The notes under the pieces are model-generated. The model made no database searches, was not told the origin of the DNA, and saw only the letters and a list, made by a program, of their open reading frames with translations. A stretch of DNA of 64,000 nucleotides, from the NCBI GenBank assembly GCA_963662435.1, contig OY759598.1, forward strand, positions 2,822,507 to 2,886,506, in the 5' to 3' direction. This DNA comes from Dehalococcoidia bacterium. GTDB taxonomy: Bacteria; Chloroflexota; Dehalococcoidia; Lucifugimonadales; VXLM01. This document shows positions 10,760 to 20,780 of the stretch, piece after piece (positions within the stretch are counted from its first letter, which is position 1; each line of letters begins with the position of its first letter). Both the position numbers and the translations under genes were made by a program.

Positions 10760-12357
10760 CTACGCCTTGCCGGCCCGCGGCGTCGGTTGCCACCGCCTCC
10801 ACCACGACGTCGCCTGCCGCCTCCACCGCGAGGGCCTCTAGCTGCCAACTCTTCAATATCTTCGGCGAACCGGATAACGCCGCTGTCGCCGGAAACGCCC
10901 GCGCTGATATTCCAGATATCGTCAGGCAGGTCGTGAAGAGGTGTCGCCTCTTCCGCCACGGGCACCGGCTCCGGCTCTTCCTCGAAGAACAATTCTTCGG
11001 GAATCTCCGGCTCGACGTACTCGCCTGTTTCCGCGACTTCCGGCACATCGACTGCAGGAATATCCGTGACGGCCTGCAACGGCTCCGCCTCTGCAACCGC
11101 CGGCTCCGAAACCTCGGCAGCGGGCTGCAATTCGTCCGGAACAATTGCGGCCGGCGCCAGAATCTCGATCTCTCCCTCTTCGACGGTGGGAACGGCCATG
11201 GGCTCTCCGACGGCGGCCGGTTCCTCTTTCTGCACAACGGGTTCGGGCTCGGGAGTTGGACGCGCGGCTTCTTCAGCTGCCTTCTGGGCCGCCAGCTTGG
11301 CGCGCTCAGCCTCCAACTCGGTGGCCTCGACATCGCTGATGATATCGATCTTCAGGCCCGTGAGTTTTGCTGCAAGTCGGGCGTTCTGTCCCTCTTTTCC
11401 AATGGCAAGAGAGAGTTGACGCTCCGGCACGACCGCAGTGGCGGTGCCTTCCTCTTGTTCCACCTGCACCTTCATGACGAGAGCGGGGCTGAGGGAGTTC
11501 TTGATGAACCTCGTCGGGTCGCGACTCCACTCGACAACATCGATCTTCTCGCCGTGCAATTCGTTCACTATGTTCTGGATGCGAATCCCGCGAAGTCCCA
11601 CGCAAGAACCAACGGCGTCTACGCCCTCTTGTTTGGCGAAAACGGCCACTTTGCTGCGGGATCCCGCCTCGCGCGCGATGCCGACGATCTCGACGGCGCC
11701 GTTGTATATCTCCGGCACCTCCATCTCGAATAGCCGGCGAACGAGGGCCTTGTCGCCACGGGAGACGATGATCTCCGGCCCTCTGGCTGACTGGTCGATG
11801 GATTTGAGGAGGACCTTGTAGCGCTGTCCCACGCGATAGCGGTCGTAAGGCGACTGCTCCGCCATGGGGAGAACGGCTTCGGCACGTCCAAGTTCGACGA
11901 TGACGTGCCTGCCGGACTCAATGCGTTGCACCGTGATGGTATAGACCTCGCCGACCTTGTCGGCATATTCCTGGAAGACGATGTCGCGCTCCGCCTCGCG
12001 GAGGCGCTGGATGACGACCTGCTTCGCCGTCTGGGCCGCAATGCGTCCGGCGCTGTGAGGGAGTGCCCCGGTCGGCACGTTGTCGCCGAGATCCGCGATG
12101 GGGCTGATCTTCTTGGCGTCGACCAAGGTCATCTCGGTCAGCGGGTCTTCCACCTCCTCGACGACCGTCTTCACGATGGAGACGTTGACGTCGCCGGAGT
12201 TGGGGTCGAGCTTGACGGAGATGTTCTGGCCCGCCGCGATGCTATCGCGCCTGTATGCGGACGCGAGCGCGGCTTCAATTGCCGAAAGAACAATGTCCTT
12301 CGAAAGGTTACGCTCGGCGGCAAGCTGCGTGAGGGCGATAATGAAGTCGCTCTTCAT
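10756..12357 (-). CDS. nusA: Transcription factor NusA with long acidic, Arg/Gly-tipped C-terminal extension
   Basis: [50 protein letters not shown]; start GTG 12366 or ATG 12357. Confidence 0.96.
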   Translation of the reverse strand: MKSDFIIALTQLAAERNLSKDIVLSAIEAALASAYRRDSIAAGQNISVKLDPNSGDVNVSIVKTVVEEVEDPLTEMTLVDAKKISPIADLGDNVPTGALPHSAGRIAAQTAKQVVIQRLREAERDIVFQEYADKVGEVYTITVQRIESGRHVIVELGRAEAVLPMAEQSPYDRYRVGQRYKVLLKSIDQSARGPEIIVSRGDKALVRRLFEMEVPEIYNGAVEIVGIAREAGSRSKVAVFAKQEGVDAVGSCVGLRGIRIQNIVNELHGEKIDVVEWSRDPTRFIKNSLSPALVMKVQVEQEEGTATAVVPERQLSLAIGKEGQNARLAAKLTGLKIDIISDVEATELEAERAKLAAQKAAEEAARPTPEPEPVVQKEEPAAVGEPMAVPTVEEGEIEILAPAAIVPDELQPAAEVSEPAVAEAEPLQAVTDIPAVDVPEVAETGEYVEPEIPEELFFEEEPEPVPVAEEATPLHDLPDDIWNISAGVSGDSGVIRFAEDIEELAARGPRGGGGRRRRGGGGGNRRRGPARRR

Positions 12358-12403
12358 TTGTACCACCTCGCTCCCAAGTGTTTTTGAATTCGCCTACTAA
12401 CAA

Positions 12404-12428
12404 AGAAAGTGGGGCAAGCCCACTTTCT
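12404..12428 (-). promoter_or_regulatory. Leader hairpin/attenuator upstream of nusA (rimP-leader-like)
   Basis: Minus strand AGAAAGTGGG-CTTGC-CCCACTTTCT followed by TTGTT, about 40-50 nt before the nusA start. Confidence 0.55.
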
Positions 12429-12609
12429 CAGCCTGACAGATAACGATGTACATTCAACGCCTGAGTATACCACTTTCCGGGAGGCCCTACAAGGAGTTCG
12501 GAATGACGGAGATGAGAAGTCTCTCTCTCCGATTTGTTTCAATACCCCCTGTACAGCGGGCTTGTTTCGCCGTACCCTGTAGCGCAATTTCACGATTGTG
12601 AGGAGAACC

Positions 12610-13353
12610 ATGCGACTCATCCTTGTTGGCTGCGAGTATTCCGGGACGTCTACATTGGGCTACCACATAGGCAAGTGGGTCAAGAAGACCATTGGCGACG
12701 ACTTCGGATTCCACGACCACTGGCAGATTCCGCACGTGTCCCACCCGAACATACCGGAGGGCAAGACCCACGATGAGATGATCGACGATTTCCTGGCGGG
12801 CAAGGGCATCGACCCATCGCTTACGGGCCACACGGACGAGGAGAACCGGAAATTCCTGGCGTTGAGCCCGAAGCAGCAAGAATCGTTCCAGAGGTACCAC
12901 ATGGAGTACCACGTTGCGGACACCTTCTACGAGGACCCGCATCACAATCAGATCGGCTTCCACATCAACGAGGCAGTCTACGCTCCCCGGTACTACGGTT
13001 ACGGAGGGGCCGGCGAGTACGCCGACAGGTCTTGGTACGCACGGCGAATCGATGCCGACATTATGCACAAAGCGCCGGACTCGGTCCTGATTCTGGTCAA
13101 GGCCTCTGCCGAGAAAATCAAGGAACGGTTGAATGCAAATCCGCACCCGTTCGGCCTGGTCAAGGAAGAGGAGGTAGAGGAAGTTCTGGCAGAATTCGAA
13201 CAGCACTTCGAGTGGTCGTGGCTCCGTCACAAGTTCGAGATCGACACGACCAACGCGACGCCCGAAGAGAGCCTCGCCGAGTTCGTCGAGAAGATCCAGC
13301 CGCACCTCATCGAGACCGATCGCCAGAAGATCATGTACCGCCGCGGCCAGTGA
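12610..13353 (+). CDS. Hypothetical nucleotide-kinase-like P-loop protein (degenerate Walker A)
   Basis: MRLILVGCEYSGTST; ILVKAS..I.ERL and IDTT typical of the NMP-kinase fold; AGGAG RBS. Confidence 0.6.
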   Translation: MRLILVGCEYSGTSTLGYHIGKWVKKTIGDDFGFHDHWQIPHVSHPNIPEGKTHDEMIDDFLAGKGIDPSLTGHTDEENRKFLALSPKQQESFQRYHMEYHVADTFYEDPHHNQIGFHINEAVYAPRYYGYGGAGEYADRSWYARRIDADIMHKAPDSVLILVKASAEKIKERLNANPHPFGLVKEEEVEEVLAEFEQHFEWSWLRHKFEIDTTNATPEESLAEFVEKIQPHLIETDRQKIMYRRGQ

Positions 13354-13408
13354 CGATGGTGCTGATGACATATCGCGATCTCCTGGGAACGAAGCCGCGC
13401 TTCGCCGC

Positions 13409-14278
13409 ATGATCGTCGACGTACACACGCACCTACCGACACACGAGGACACCGTGCCGGACGAGGACGCGGAGCTTGATACCGCTATGCGTCCGGGCAA
13501 ATTCGTTCGGCTGACGAATAGTGTCCAGGACTACCTGGACGCTATGGGACCGGTGGACGCCGCCTTCGCATTCGGAATAGCTCCCCGCCCCGGTGAGGAT
13601 ACGGTTCAAGTGCTTCCCAATAGGGGCAACGTCAACGACACAGCGGCTTCGCTGGCCGCGCATGAACCCGACAAGATCATCGGGTTCATGTCGGTGCATC
13701 CCGACGAGCCGGACGTAATGGAGGAGATTGAGCGCTCTGTCAACGACCTGGGTCTGCGCGGCATGAAGTTGGGACCCAACTACCAAGGCTTCGACCCGGT
13801 CGGGGAGAATGCATTTCGGGTCTACGGGAAGGCGCAGGAGCTTGGACTTCCCATCGTCTTTCACCAGGGCACGTCGCCATTCCCGGACGCGCCTTTGCGA
13901 TACGCCCATCCTCTCGTGATGGACGACATCGCCGCAGAGTTCCGTGACCTTAAGGTCGTCATGGCACACATCGCCCACCCCTGGCACGTCGACTGCGTGA
14001 ACATCATTAGAAAGCACCCGAACGTGTACGCAGATATTTCGGGTGCTCTCATTCGACCCTGGCAGGCGTACCATGCCTTCATGCAGGCATACGAGTGGGG
14101 GATGCCTCACAAGCTGCTGTTCGCGAGTGATTTCCCCGTTACCACTCCGGCGGAGACTATCGGCTTCCTTCGAGGCCTGAACGACTACGCGAGGAAGTAC
14201 CACCTGCCTGAACTGCCGGAAGACGACTTAGAGGCCATTATTCAGAGAGACTCGTTGGAGCTATTGGGGCTGCGTTGA
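13409..14278 (+). CDS. Amidohydrolase family (Amidohydro_2) protein
   Basis: IVDVHTH, GLRGMKL, FHQG, MAH, NVYADIS, LFASDFP. Confidence 0.9.
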   Translation: MIVDVHTHLPTHEDTVPDEDAELDTAMRPGKFVRLTNSVQDYLDAMGPVDAAFAFGIAPRPGEDTVQVLPNRGNVNDTAASLAAHEPDKIIGFMSVHPDEPDVMEEIERSVNDLGLRGMKLGPNYQGFDPVGENAFRVYGKAQELGLPIVFHQGTSPFPDAPLRYAHPLVMDDIAAEFRDLKVVMAHIAHPWHVDCVNIIRKHPNVYADISGALIRPWQAYHAFMQAYEWGMPHKLLFASDFPVTTPAETIGFLRGLNDYARKYHLPELPEDDLEAIIQRDSLELLGLR

Positions 14279-16422
14279 AGCCCGAGGCGTGCCAACCGGA
14301 TCTCATCGAATGAGTAGCCGTCGCCCAGAGCGTCTCTAACGGCCGTCAGCCACGGTGTCTCAGTACGCTCAAGTTCCTTCCTGACGAGATCGAACCGCTT
14401 CGGCTCCAGCAGGTGGCTAACGCTGATATCCTCTCCATGCGAGGCCAGCCGTTCCAGGTGACCGATGACAGTACCCGTGCTGAGTTCGCGTTGAGTCGCG
14501 ATCTCGTCGATCGTAAGCCCTTGACGAAACAACTCCAACGTCTTCACGTATGTTGAGCCGGGCCTTCGCAACGACCGTGATTTCCTTCTTGTCGAAGGCT
14601 GCTCCTTCTCTTCCAATCCGTTCTGCTCCGCGTATTCGCGGATGTGCTTCACGAACACCTCACCGTACTCTTCGAGCTTAGCCGCTCCCACGCCCGAGAT
14701 GCGGGAGAAGCTCTCCTTGCTCTGAGGCAGGAAGTAGGCCATCTGCACGAGCGACACATCCCCAAACACAACGTACGGCGGGACGCCTAGCTCTTCCGCA
14801 AGCACACGTCGGACATCTCTCAGCAGGTCGAAAAGTCCCTGATCATAGTCGAGGCGAGCCTTGTCAAAGGCTGTCCTCCCCGATGGTCGTTCCTTCTTCC
14901 GGGTGAGTTGCAGGGTCGCTCGGTTTCTGAGGAACTCCCGACCGGCCTCCGGGACAGAAAGCGTTGGATACTCGCCATCTCCCTTGCCAAGGAGGCCGCC
15001 TTCCATCAACTGGCGTGAGATGACCTTGATCTCATCCTTTGAGAAGTCGCGGGCAATACCGTAGACGGAGAGCTCGTCGTGACCCGCATCAATGACCTTT
15101 CTTGCACGAGAGCCGCGCAGGACGTCCGCGACGTGAGCAACTCCATAACGTTGCTCAGTCCGTATCACGGCAGAGAGAATCTTCTGCGCTATGACCGTCG
15201 CGTCGAACTGCTCTACATCCGCCATGCAGAAATCGCATCCGCCGCAATTCTGCTGGTCGAGCGCCTCGCCGAAGTAGCCGAGAAGGTAGGCCCGTCTACA
15301 TCCGGTCATTTCGCAATAGTCCACCATGCCGTCCAACTTCCGCCGGGCTCGTCGTTTCTCTTCTGCATCCTCCATCTGGCTAATCCAGTACTCTTGCTTT
15401 GACCTGTCTCCCGCCGAGTAGAAGAGCACGCAGTCGCCCGGTAGACCGTCGCGTCCCGCCCTACCCGTCTCCTGGTAGTAGCCCTCGATGCTCTTGGGCA
15501 TGTCGTAGTGGACTATGAGGCGGACATCGGGCTTGTCGATACCCATGCCGAACGCGATGGTCGCCACGATGATCGGAGTCTCGTCCCTGATGAAGCGTTC
15601 CTGGTTGGTGCGTCGAACGACCGGGTCAAGTCCGGCATGATACGGAAGGGCCTTTAGACCCTCGTCTGCCAAATCAGCTACCAACTCTTCGGTCGCCTTT
15701 CGCGAGAAGCAGTAGATTATCGTCGACTCGCCCCTGTGCTTACTAAGCACTCGTAGCAGCGTGTCAAACTGCTCGCTCTTGGGAAGGACCGAATAGGTCA
15801 AGTTGCTTCGGTTGAAGCTGGAAAGAAACGTTCTGCCTTGAGAGATTTCGAGCTGGCTGGCGATGTCCTCACGGACGCGCTCGGTCGCCGTAGCGGTCAA
15901 TGCTACGCAGGGCACCTCGGGAAAGCGCGAACGGAGGGCCTTGAGGTTGCGATAGTCCGGCCGGAAGTCGTGACCCCATTCGGAGATGCAGTGCGCCTCG
16001 TCTATGGCGATGAGACTCACGGATGCGGAGTCGAGGAACGACATGAAGCCGGGCACGGAAAGTCGCTCAGGTGCGGCGTAGAGAATCTTGATACGTCCAG
16101 TGAGGGCGGCGGTGTGGATTCTGCTGATCTCTGAGGCGGTGAGAGTGCTGTTCACGAAGGCCGCTGGAATGCCATTGGCGCGGAGGGCATCTACCTGGTC
16201 CTTCATGAGGGCTATGAGAGGTGAGATGACAAGCGTCAACCCATCGAAGCACAGTGCGGGAAGCTGGTAGCACAGTGACTTTCCGCCCCCAGTCGGCATG
16301 AGGACCAGGCAATGGTCTCCGCCGAGCACGTGACGCACGATCTCTTCCTGGCCCGGCAGGAAGGACTCATACCCGAAACGTGACTTGAGGAGCTCGAGAA
16401 CCTGAGCAGGCATTGCCACCAT
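14242..16422 (-). CDS. recQ: ATP-dependent DNA helicase RecQ (RQC, HRDC, C-terminal HTH)
   Basis: MPTGGGKSLCYQ, DEAHCISEWGHDFRP, YYQETGRAGRDG, VPPYVVF. Confidence 0.97.
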   Translation of the reverse strand: MVAMPAQVLELLKSRFGYESFLPGQEEIVRHVLGGDHCLVLMPTGGGKSLCYQLPALCFDGLTLVISPLIALMKDQVDALRANGIPAAFVNSTLTASEISRIHTAALTGRIKILYAAPERLSVPGFMSFLDSASVSLIAIDEAHCISEWGHDFRPDYRNLKALRSRFPEVPCVALTATATERVREDIASQLEISQGRTFLSSFNRSNLTYSVLPKSEQFDTLLRVLSKHRGESTIIYCFSRKATEELVADLADEGLKALPYHAGLDPVVRRTNQERFIRDETPIIVATIAFGMGIDKPDVRLIVHYDMPKSIEGYYQETGRAGRDGLPGDCVLFYSAGDRSKQEYWISQMEDAEEKRRARRKLDGMVDYCEMTGCRRAYLLGYFGEALDQQNCGGCDFCMADVEQFDATVIAQKILSAVIRTEQRYGVAHVADVLRGSRARKVIDAGHDELSVYGIARDFSKDEIKVISRQLMEGGLLGKGDGEYPTLSVPEAGREFLRNRATLQLTRKKERPSGRTAFDKARLDYDQGLFDLLRDVRRVLAEELGVPPYVVFGDVSLVQMAYFLPQSKESFSRISGVGAAKLEEYGEVFVKHIREYAEQNGLEEKEQPSTRRKSRSLRRPGSTYVKTLELFRQGLTIDEIATQRELSTGTVIGHLERLASHGEDISVSHLLEPKRFDLVRKELERTETPWLTAVRDALGDGYSFDEIRLARLGLQRSPNSSNESL

Positions 16423-16485
16423 GATACTAGGACATCATGTCATGGCGACGAATTGGCACGTAACGGTGGGCGTCGCGGACGATGT

Positions 16486-17799
16486 CTAACTGGCGCTCGG
16501 CCGGCTCGTGTGCAGCAGGTGGTCCACGTGATGGTCCTCTTTGCAGGTGACCCCAGTTTGCTCCAACTGAATCGTAGCGTGCGAGATGCCGTACCGGTTG
16601 TGAATCAGGTCCTGTACCGTCGTGCGAATAACTTCATTGCCGCCCTCGTACGAGGGGTCGACGAGAATGTGTGCGGTAAACGCTTCGCTTCCCGAAGTTA
16701 TCGTCCAGATGTGCACGTCGTGGATGAGGGTAACGCCCTCGACCTCTTCAATCTCGTTGCAGAGTTCATATGCGTCTATATGCTGGGGCGTCCCTTCGAG
16801 CAGCACGTTCATTACCGTGCCCATCAGGTGTCGACTGCTCCACAGAATCAGCAGGGCGATGAGGACGCTCAGGATCGGGTCGACAAGGAACCAGTTAAAT
16901 CCCCAGAGCGCGTCGGCGGGATTGGCTTGGGCGAACGACAAGATGAGTATCGCCGAGATAATGACGCCGACGGAGCCCATCAGGTCGGCCAAGACGTGCT
17001 GGAATGCCCCCTCAACGTTCATGCTGTGTCCCGCTGAGCGATGCAGGACCCATGCGGCGGCAATGTTTATGAGTAGTCCCCCGGTGCCTACGATCAGCAC
17101 CGGCAGCCCGTCGACGTGAGGATCTTCCGTGCCGAAGGACCGATGGTACGCCTCGAACATGATCCATCCTGCGATCAGCCATAGCGCGACTGTGTTGAGC
17201 ATGGCGGCCAACACTTCCGTGCGCTCGTAGCCGAAGGTGCGCTCGGCGGTCGCCACGCGCTCCGCGATCCACATGGCGACCAGCGCCATCGCGATTGCGG
17301 CGGCGTCCGTGAGCATGTGGCCCGCGTCGGCTATGAGGGCCAGGCTGCCCGACAGGATGCCGCCCACGACCTCGGCCAACATGTAGGTCGAGATCAGCAC
17401 CAAGGCAATTGTGAGGTTTCTTCGGCTTGCCCCCCTCAGGTCGTGGGCATGGTCGTGACCGCCGTGGTGGTCGTGGCCCGCATGGTCGTCATGATCGCCG
17501 TGGTCGTGGCCCTCGTGGTCGTCATGATCGTGGTCGTCATGATCGCCGTGGTCATGGCCCTCGTGGTCGTCATGATCGCCGTGGTTATGGCCCGCATGGT
17601 CGTCATGGTCGCCGTGGTCATGGCCCTCGTGGTCGTCATGATCGCCGTGGTCATGGCCCTCGTGGTCGTCGTGGTCATGGTCATCGTGATCATGATGTAC
17701 GTGATCGCCATGATCGTGGGATTCCGATCCGGAGGCGCCGGACGGGGATGAAAAGTAGATCCTAGGTCCTTCTGTTGCGGGAACCGGACTCTGCGGCAT
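16486..17799 (-). CDS. Cation diffusion facilitator (CzcD/ZitB-like) with His-repeat N-terminus
   Basis: SLALIADAGHMLTD, TFGYERTEVL, AFQHVLAD, HDVHIWTITSG, HATIQLE; start uncertain (ATG 17799). Confidence 0.92.
   Translation of the reverse strand: MPQSPVPATEGPRIYFSSPSGASGSESHDHGDHVHHDHDDHDHDDHEGHDHGDHDDHEGHDHGDHDDHAGHNHGDHDDHEGHDHGDHDDHDHDDHEGHDHGDHDDHAGHDHHGGHDHAHDLRGASRRNLTIALVLISTYMLAEVVGGILSGSLALIADAGHMLTDAAAIAMALVAMWIAERVATAERTFGYERTEVLAAMLNTVALWLIAGWIMFEAYHRSFGTEDPHVDGLPVLIVGTGGLLINIAAAWVLHRSAGHSMNVEGAFQHVLADLMGSVGVIISAILILSFAQANPADALWGFNWFLVDPILSVLIALLILWSSRHLMGTVMNVLLEGTPQHIDAYELCNEIEEVEGVTLIHDVHIWTITSGSEAFTAHILVDPSYEGGNEVIRTTVQDLIHNRYGISHATIQLEQTGVTCKEDHHVDHLLHTSRPSAS
17450..17720 (-). 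repeat. In-frame ~33-bp tandem repeats encoding HDHGDHDDH(E/A)G
   Basis: Repeated GTGGTCGTCATGATCGCCGTGGTCATGGCCCTC-like units on the + strand. Confidence 0.9.
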
Positions 17800-18052
17800 G
17801 AAGAGAGGCGGGAGGAGTTGTCTCAATAAATCGGAACCCGTCTTGAGAGCCTTCAAGTTTGGAGTACCTCCGAGCACACCCTTCAATTGCTCAATCAAAA
17901 CGGAAAGCGACGAAAGCGTGTAAAGAATACTTTCGAACTAGAAGGAAGTCAAATTGCAGTTAAGAGAGGCGCTCAGATTATCTCTGAGCGCCGGAACTCC
18001 ATGACTGCTGCCGGGGGGCTGGCATACGGCAGTCTCACCCCCGAAATGGACC

Positions 18053-18463
18053 TTAGTGACTGTGGTGCTCGTGGTCGTCGCACTCGTGGTCGTCGTGCAC
18101 GTGCGCATGGTGCTCGTGGGTGTCGCACTCGTGGTCTTCGTGCTCGTGACCAGGCTCACCGTGGTGCTCGTGGGTGTCGCACTCGTGCGTGTCGTGCTCG
18201 TGAGCGTGGTGCTCGTGGGTGTCACACTCGTGATCGTCGTGCCCCTGGCCGTGACCATCATGATCATGTCCATGACCGTGATGCTCATGGTCGTCGCACT
18301 CATGTGCATCGTGCTCATGAGAATGGTGCTCATGCTCGTCACACTCATGCGTGTCGTGATCGTGTCCAGGTTCGCCGTGGTGCTCGTGAGTGTCACACTC
18401 ATGCATTTCATGCTCGTGAGCGTGATGTTCGTGCGCGTCACATTCGTGCGTATCGTGTCCCAT
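18053..18463 (-). CDS. Small His/Cys/acidic repeat protein, putative metal-binding or storage protein
   Basis: 136 aa, 8 x HECDxHEHH, ~51 His; GGAGG 7 nt before ATG; upstream of the CDF gene on the same strand. Confidence 0.8.
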   Translation of the reverse strand: MGHDTHECDAHEHHAHEHEMHECDTHEHHGEPGHDHDTHECDEHEHHSHEHDAHECDDHEHHGHGHDHDGHGQGHDDHECDTHEHHAHEHDTHECDTHEHHGEPGHEHEDHECDTHEHHAHVHDDHECDDHEHHSH

Positions 18464-18611
18464 TTGTTGTCCTCCATGTGGCCCTTAAACAGTTGCCAAA
18501 CGGCAAAATTCAAGGAGTTTCTCACTAGCGATTGTCACACGGAGACGAGTGCTTGACAAGGGTACGAGCCGCAGCTAACGGCCTAAATCGTAGTACAAAG
18601 GGGGTAATTAG

Positions 18612-18689
18612 TGATACTCAATCTCACTAGAATTATTGCCGGAAACACTTCATAAATTGCTCCAAGACTTGCACTGATACTCATTCTCA
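18612..18689. promoter_or_regulatory. Two Fur-family-like 7-1-7 boxes
   Basis: TGATACTCAATCTCA (18612-18626) and TGATACTCATTCTCA (18675-18689) versus consensus TGATAATnATTATCA. Confidence 0.6.
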
Positions 18690-18870
18690 TTACTGGAGAT
18701 TTTTGTTGTATTTTTGGCAAGTTAGGGCTGGCACTGTGTATCGGTTTCCAGACCAACCACTACGCTTCGTCGGCCATTTGGTGGCCAGACGTTCCCCAGG
18801 ACATCGTCGCTCCCCCTGACTCGAGTAAGAGGAAATGAGACACTGAGAGAACACAGCAATTATCCTCGGT

Positions 18871-19065
18871 GCAGGCGTCTCATATGCCTGACATCCCATG
18901 AGTGTGTTCGCCCAACCTCGCATTTGAGGGGGGCGTGTTCCGTTCCGATCTTGTCGTACGGTCGCAGCCCCATTCGTCGTATGACACGGCCGCCCTGACC
19001 GGTCGAGTCCCAGTAGATGGCGAGCCCTCGCAGGATTTTATGGTCGTCGGAGATTTCATTCCTGC
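18871..19065 (-). ncRNA. Candidate structured ncRNA (6S RNA-like)
   Basis: ~195 nt; hand-folded nested stems with internal bubbles; no convincing ORF. Confidence 0.35.
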
Positions 19066-19280
19066 ATCATATGGTAGAGTAACTGCCACGCAAAGTACAA
19101 AAGGGACTTGACGTTTGATAGTCCTGGTCGGCATTTCGAAGCTTTACCGAGTAGGCCCGGTCGAGGAGTGGGCGCCGGACTTCATTGAGTTGTACGTGCC
19201 CGGCAATTGCACGACTCAACGGAGTCTCGCATAGTTCGACAATTGGTAACCTCGGTGATTTGGCCGTTTTGGAGGCGGAC

Positions 19281-20141
19281 ATGGCAGAGGAATTCGCGCA
19301 CCCGGAAGCTATCGTGAGCACGGAATGGGTGGCGGAACGGCTACGCGATCCGTCCGTCGTGGTGGCGGAGATCGACTCGCACCTTGACGAGGCGTACGAG
19401 ACAGGCCACGTGCCCGGCGCAGTCGGGTGGGGGCTGCACACGGACATGGAACACCAGCTCCGACGCGACATTCCCGACGTGGCGCAGTTCGAGGCGTTGA
19501 TGCGGCGCTCAGGCATCGAGCGGGATACGACGGTCGTGTTGTACGGTGACGGCAACAATCGCTCGGCGACGTGGGCGTTTTGGGTGATGAAGTACTATCG
19601 TCACGACGATGTCCGCATCATGGACGGAGGGCGCACGAAGTGGGTGCTGGAGGGCAGGCCGGTCAAGATGATCGAGCCTGCGGTGAAGCCGACGGCGTAC
19701 CAAGTCGGAGCTCTCGATCCCAACCTGCGAGCTATGAAGGAGTATGTAGTCGAGAGCCTGGACCAGACGGGAGTAATGCTCCTGGACACTCGGACGGTGG
19801 AGGAGTACACGGGGCAGCTCACGTCAGCCCCGGGCACGCCGCAGCCGGACATCTATCGGAAGGGGCGGATCCCGGGGGCGGTTCACGTTCCATGGGACGA
19901 CGGCGCGTCCCTAGACGGCACGTTCAAGTCCGTTAGCGAGCTTCGCGCGATGTACTCGAACGCCGGTATCGAGGCGTCGGACGAGATCATTCCCTACTGC
20001 AGGCTGGGGGTGCGGGCGTCGTACAGCTGGTTCATTTTGAAGTACATTCTCGGTTTCGACGACGTGCGGGTCTACGATGGGTCATGGACGGAGTGGGGCA
20101 ACTCGGCGGGTGTACCGATAGAGACCGACGAGCCTGTGTGA
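19281..20141 (+). CDS. Sulfurtransferase (tandem rhodanese domains)
   Basis: VSTEWV, YETGHVPGAV, GRIPGA, YCRLGVRAS, YDGSWTEWG; GGAGG RBS. Confidence 0.92.
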   Translation: MAEEFAHPEAIVSTEWVAERLRDPSVVVAEIDSHLDEAYETGHVPGAVGWGLHTDMEHQLRRDIPDVAQFEALMRRSGIERDTTVVLYGDGNNRSATWAFWVMKYYRHDDVRIMDGGRTKWVLEGRPVKMIEPAVKPTAYQVGALDPNLRAMKEYVVESLDQTGVMLLDTRTVEEYTGQLTSAPGTPQPDIYRKGRIPGAVHVPWDDGASLDGTFKSVSELRAMYSNAGIEASDEIIPYCRLGVRASYSWFILKYILGFDDVRVYDGSWTEWGNSAGVPIETDEPV

Positions 20142-20168
20142 CAGCACGAACGGAAAGGAGAACCGCGT

Positions 20169-20780
20169 ATGAGGCAGTGCGGCGTATGCGGAACTCAGAC
20201 AGGTGAGAAAGCCCGGTTCTGCCCGACCTGCGGCGGGGAAATGCGACCCGCGACGGGCGTCGACGAATCGGGTGAGGACGACCCCTACGAGAGCGCCGAG
20301 CGAGTGAAATTCTGCACTCAATGCGGGGCCGTGCTGGACCCGGGGAACAGGTACTGCGGCGCGTGCGGGGCAGGTGTCTGGGAGGGGGCGAGGAGCGCGA
20401 TTCCGAGCGGGCAGTCATTCCTCGACGATCCCGTCACCATGTCCACGCTCTGCCACCTCAGCTCGTTTTTCTCCTTCATCATCCCGCTCGGCAACATCCT
20501 CGGCCCGCTCGTGATCTGGCTCCTGAGAAAGGACCATCTACCTGCTGTAGACCGGCACGGGAAGGCTGCGCTCAACTTCAATATCAGCATCACCATCTAC
20601 GCCGCCATCGGCATCGCTATCAGCGTGGCGCTGATGCTCGTGCTCATAGGATTCGCGCTTTTCTTTGTAGTGATTGTCGGGCTGTTTATATGGTGGTTGG
20701 TCGCGACAGTCATTGCGGCGGCAAAGGCGGGCAACGGCGAGTTCTGGGAGTACCCGTTGAGCATCAGGTTCCTGAAATGA
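20169..20780 (+). CDS. DUF4870 membrane protein with N-terminal zinc ribbons
   Basis: Four CxxC pairs; LCHLS, LGPLVIWL, HGKAALNFNIS, YPLSIRFLK. Confidence 0.8.
   Translation: MRQCGVCGTQTGEKARFCPTCGGEMRPATGVDESGEDDPYESAERVKFCTQCGAVLDPGNRYCGACGAGVWEGARSAIPSGQSFLDDPVTMSTLCHLSSFFSFIIPLGNILGPLVIWLLRKDHLPAVDRHGKAALNFNISITIYAAIGIAISVALMLVLIGFALFFVVIVGLFIWWLVATVIAAAKAGNGEFWEYPLSIRFLK

Noticed and set aside
17800..18050. NiCo (czcD) riboswitch upstream of the CDF gene
   Set aside because: Hairpins are present (e.g. GGCGCTCAGA..TCTGAGCGCC near 17968-17992) but I could not match the NiCo consensus; more likely a terminator; a cmscan would settle it
17938..18556. Thr-rich (17938-18525) and Val-rich (18056-18556) ORFs
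   Set aside because: Alternative frames of the His repeat; only the His frame has a well-spaced GGAGG and a fitting context
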